Shown: piece after piece, positions 61,779 through 64,000 of the stretch
How the letters are laid out: every line of letters starts with the position of its first letter
How positions within the stretch are numbered: the first letter of the stretch is position 1
DNA from: an uncultured Candidatus Saccharibacteria bacterium
GTDB lineage: Bacteria; Patescibacteriota; Minisyncoccia; SW-4-49-11
DNA length: 64,000 nucleotides
Assembly (NCBI GenBank): GCA_964633865.1
Contig: CAZWIJ010000007.1
Coordinates: 20,711-84,710 of the forward strand
Reading direction: 5' to 3'
Notes under the pieces: model-generated
The model's database searches: none
The model's input: the letters and a program-made list of their open reading frames with translations, nothing else
What the model was told of the DNA's origin: nothing
Made by a program: the position numbers and the translations under genes

Positions 61779-62464
61779 TGATAGGAGGTTTGCAAAAATT
61801 CTCTTTGATAGATTATCCTGGGAAAATATCTGCTATTATATTTACAATAGGTTGTAATTTTCGTTGTAGTTATTGTTATAATCAAGATTTGGTGATTCCT
61901 AGTAAATTTAGAAAAGATATCCCCATAGATGAAATATATGATTTTTTAGAAAGTAGGAAAGGTAAATTAGATGCTATTTGTATTACAGGAGGTGAGCCAA
62001 CCTTACATAATGATTTGACAGAATTTATTCGTAATATAAAGAAAATGGGTTTTTTGGTGAAATTAGATAGTAATGGAACTAGACCAGAAGTTTTGGAGAA
62101 TTTGATACAAGAAAACTTGGTAGATTATTTTGCGATGGATATAAAGGCTCCTTTTTCTAAATATAGAGATGTTGTTAATTATAGTCTAAATACAGATAAT
62201 ATAAAAAAAAGTATTGATATAATTATGAATTCAGGAATAGATTATGAATTTAGAACTACAATAGAAAAGTCTATGTTAACAGAAAACGATATATTTGAAA
62301 TAGTTGATCAAATCATAGGAGCAAAAAAATATTATTTACAAATGTTTAGAAATACTGATCCAAATAATTCTGAATTTAATAAATTTAGTTCTTATTCCAA
62401 ATTAGAGTTAGAAAATTTAATTTTGAAATTTAAAGACAAACTAGAGTTTTGTCAAGTTCGATAA
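61775..62464 (+). CDS. nrdG: Anaerobic ribonucleotide reductase activating protein (radical SAM).
   Basis: CNFRCSYCYN cluster motif, with 4-nt overlap coupling to nrdD. Confidence 0.9.
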   Translation: MMIGGLQKFSLIDYPGKISAIIFTIGCNFRCSYCYNQDLVIPSKFRKDIPIDEIYDFLESRKGKLDAICITGGEPTLHNDLTEFIRNIKKMGFLVKLDSNGTRPEVLENLIQENLVDYFAMDIKAPFSKYRDVVNYSLNTDNIKKSIDIIMNSGIDYEFRTTIEKSMLTENDIFEIVDQIIGAKKYYLQMFRNTDPNNSEFNKFSSYSKLELENLILKFKDKLEFCQVR

Positions 62465-62511
62465 AATAAAATCCTACTTCAAATCGAAGTAGGAAAGATT
62501 TCCTGTGATGG

Positions 62512-63003
62512 TTATATTAGATTTTCTAATATATTCATTATATCAGGAAGATGTGAATTGATAAAGGTTTTTCTTAACTTTATATAAGATGTCAAGTTTT
62601 TTAAGATTATTTTATTTAAATCGGAATCTTTATTTTTTGCTTTAATCAAAGCTTGCCAACGAGATTCATCTTCTATTAACTCATTCAATGTTAGGGGTAT
62701 ATTATTGTGCTTATACAATATATAATTATCTTGACTTCTTAAATCGGATATTATATTTAATAATTTAAGATTTAAATTTTCTTTAGTAAAAATATTATTT
62801 CTTATAAGATAATTAAATAGACTTTCAATTTCAACTAGTAAAAACTTATCTATTGAATTTATCTTTTTAACTATATCAAATATAAAAGTAGAATAGTTTA
62901 AATTTTTGTAAATATTAAGTATATTCTTTAAGCTAGTTATATAACAATGTATTTCTGAATCAACTTTTATCATATTTTTTGAGTTTTTATGACTGATGGA
63001 CAT
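62512..63003 (-). CDS. Hypothetical protein (163 aa), distant paralog of 63164..63667.
   Basis: Shared block NI[FY]TK.N.N..L.......L..Q and similar length. Confidence 0.3.
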   Translation of the reverse strand: MSISHKNSKNMIKVDSEIHCYITSLKNILNIYKNLNYSTFIFDIVKKINSIDKFLLVEIESLFNYLIRNNIFTKENLNLKLLNIISDLRSQDNYILYKHNNIPLTLNELIEDESRWQALIKAKNKDSDLNKIILKNLTSYIKLRKTFINSHLPDIMNILENLI

Positions 63004-63163
63004 AATGTACCTAACTATATAACTAATATATAGTACAGTAAATATGTGTAAATGTCAATAAATATCTACATAAAAATTGGTAGTTTTTAAGTAAAAAAAT
63101 CTCCACTATTTAAATATAGTAGAGCATTGCAGATATAGGAATTAAATCTATCAGAAAGATATT

Positions 63164-63667
63164 TTAAGATAATTTATTTAGACAGAGATTAATTTCATTA
63201 ACACATGTAAAAGATAATCTTATTCTTTCTTCAAGATAATGGTTTAATTTATTAAGTATTTTTAACGAAAACTCTGTTTCAGAATAGTGAGCAATTAATT
63301 TTTCCCAATTATTCACTGTATCAAAAGAGATTTCATATCCTATGAAGTCTTCGTTATAAGATATACCTCCAATTTTTTGATTTTTTAGTTGTGTAAATTT
63401 ATACAAAAGATAATTGATATTACTTTTTGTATAAATATTTTCTTCTATACAGAAAATAAATAGTTCCTGAGACATGTTAATCATTTGAGTAATATGTTCT
63501 TCAAGTACTTTGATTTGATCAAAAATACTCGTGTAATGAACATCTAGCTCCTCACATAGTATTAGAAAGTCTTTACAATCTTCTCTAAAAATTTTTACCT
63601 TTTCCACAAAAGTTGATTCTAAACTTTCTAAATTATTCAAATTCAATAATTTTAACTCTTCAATCAT
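63164..63667 (-). CDS. Hypothetical protein (167 aa), paralog of 62512..63003.
   Basis: See the partner gene. Confidence 0.3.
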   Translation of the reverse strand: MIEELKLLNLNNLESLESTFVEKVKIFREDCKDFLILCEELDVHYTSIFDQIKVLEEHITQMINMSQELFIFCIEENIYTKSNINYLLYKFTQLKNQKIGGISYNEDFIGYEISFDTVNNWEKLIAHYSETEFSLKILNKLNHYLEERIRLSFTCVNEINLCLNKLS

Positions 63668-64000
63668 TTTTTCTATAAACTAAGGTACATTATTGATTAT
63701 AGAACATCTATATCAAATGTCAATATGAAAACATAAAGAAAGCCTCTATAAATTTATAGAGACTTGTATTTTAAAATTGTATTTAAAAAAATTTTGAATT
63801 AAGAGATAAATTTTAAGTGCTATTTTGAAATATATCATTGAGATAAGTATCTATTATTTCATTTAACTTAATTTTTAAATCTTTCTCATTATTGAAACTC
63901 ATTCTATAAATGGAATCTGATATATTTAGTAATAATCTATGTTTTCTGAGGTGAGTTCCTGGTAGCTGAACATAGACATAACCAAAAAAGTAACCATTTA

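Overview
This is a very AT-rich (roughly 27-30% GC) bacterial chromosomal segment read with the standard genetic code. Long housekeeping ORFs (gyrB, polA, mutS, mutL) are intact and end at TAA, so there is no stop-codon recoding. The composition and the envelope and glycosylation gene content are compatible with a small-genome lineage such as CPR/Patescibacteria, but taxonomy cannot be settled from sequence alone.

Recognisable core genes are gyrB(-), dnaN(+), polA(+), mutS(-), mutL(+), infB-rbfA-nrnA(+), rpmA(+), comM/yifB(-), nrdD-nrdG(+), an ABC-2 exporter pair, a YvcK/CofD-like gene and a YraN-like gene. There are also tRNA-Leu(TAA) and tRNA-Ser(GCT), four O-antigen-ligase-like or GT-C membrane glycosylation proteins, an M23/LysM peptidase and a bactofilin-domain protein.

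Gene orientation flips from mostly minus to mostly plus at the gyrB/dnaN divergence. Near-consensus DnaA boxes sit there, which suggests a replication origin without an adjacent dnaA.

Features outside the core set:
- A ~2.6-kb decaying accessory island (53.8-56.6 kb) holding a Shedu-like DUF4263 nuclease ORF and an NDT-like ORF, each broken by a single in-frame TAA, plus a RhuM-family remnant. A fourth TAA-interrupted gene (an APH-like kinase) lies at 3.0-3.8 kb.
- A two-member paralogous family (47..853 and 11242..12579) sharing an unrecognised ~150-aa C-terminal domain with an invariant EYEExGRLxKVRAHLRRL motif. One copy sits next to tRNA-Leu and an orphan 699-aa protein.
- A compositionally atypical (higher-GC) 214-aa gene flanked by two ~116-bp direct repeats that each carry a consensus promoter. 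Next to it are a GC-rich structured element with terminators on both strands and a promoter-plus-terminator sRNA candidate.
- Tandem paralogous 20-aa-repeat (LRR-like) proteins with near-identical 60-bp DNA repeats and duplicated promoter and terminator modules.
- A 22-bp duplication of the tRNA-Ser 3' end 131 bp downstream of the gene, which looks like an att-site scar.
- A candidate NrdR box overlapping the nrdD promoter, and several small paralogous or micro-ORF transcription units driven by textbook TTGACA-17-TATAAT promoters.

No CRISPR array and no rRNA were found.
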